From an uncultured Planctomycetales bacterium (GTDB lineage: Bacteria; Omnitrophota; Gorgyraeia; Zapsychrales; Fredricksoniimonadaceae), in contig CAZOXU010000003.1 in assembly GCA_964583975.1 (NCBI GenBank), positions 7,805 to 71,804 on the forward strand: 64,000 nt of DNA; not shown here. Reading direction: 5' to 3'. Position 1 is the stretch's first letter. Below: more notes on the stretch, generated by a model. The model saw only the letters and a list, made by a program, of their open reading frames with translations. It ran no database searches and had not been told where the DNA came from.

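Noticed and set aside
1-64000. CRISPR arrays, rRNA genes, prophage blocks
   Set aside because: No regularly spaced direct repeats, no rRNA-like sequence, and no phage structural genes seen. The repeats present are REP/MITE-type palindromes and intragenic protein-module duplications.
23411-64000. Interpreting the 40-kb ORF as many separate ordinary genes
   Set aside because: No in-frame stop exists anywhere. Internal signal-like segments and the antisense TA cassette suggest past fusions, but as sequenced it is one reading frame. I keep this as a caveat rather than splitting it.

Overview
This looks like an AT-rich bacterial chromosome segment (roughly 38-40% GC by eye) with three parts.

(1) Positions 1-11.4 kb are a housekeeping block. 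On the minus strand, a tightly coupled operon runs cysteine desulfurase, birA, bioF, bioH, bioC, with a candidate BirA operator in its promoter. A divergent island on the plus strand holds tRNA-Ala(GGC), a small GIY-YIG protein and tRNA-Leu(CAA). The block continues with rlmN, accA, a LysM L,D-transpeptidase, a PAP2-like protein, and comM/yifB translationally coupled to a REP-associated tyrosine transposase (RAYT).

(2) Positions 11.4-23.4 kb encode secreted proteins (a 990-aa coiled-coil protein, a TPR-like protein, a parallel beta-helix protein with a Gly/Ser linker), then mutS and mutL, a two-gene small membrane-peptide operon, and a PilZ-like gene. A GTAGGGGC...GCCCCTAC REP/REPIN family occurs at 15.0 kb, as inverted doublets on both sides of mutS, and inside the RAYT coding sequence.

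(3) Positions 23.4-64.0 kb are one uninterrupted minus-strand ORF of at least 13,519 codons, still open at the window edge. It encodes a transmembrane-rich modular giant protein. My reading finds these parts, none of them checked by profile searches:
- a sigma-70-like domain
- two arrays of sigma region-4-like HTH repeats
- two nucleotidyltransferase folds
- M50-like and M48-like HExxH modules
- an HATPase_c domain
- a trypsin-like S1 protease preceded by a signal-peptide-like segment
- a phosphoglycosyl transferase, an ICMT/PEMT-like methyltransferase, a kinase-like fold, a HemK-like NPPW methyltransferase, a sugar-nucleotidyltransferase, HEARO-like repeats, and a C-terminal histidine phosphatase

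The ORF also shows large internal duplications and two in-frame palindromic MITE-like inserts. Most strikingly, a PIN-toxin/antitoxin gene pair is nested antisense within it, yet does not interrupt the frame.

The closest analogy I know is the giant genes reported for Omnitrophota-like bacteria. That taxonomic guess is inference, not something the sequence shows. All domain calls come from motif recognition by eye. Sub-gene coordinates are approximate (about ±60 nt).
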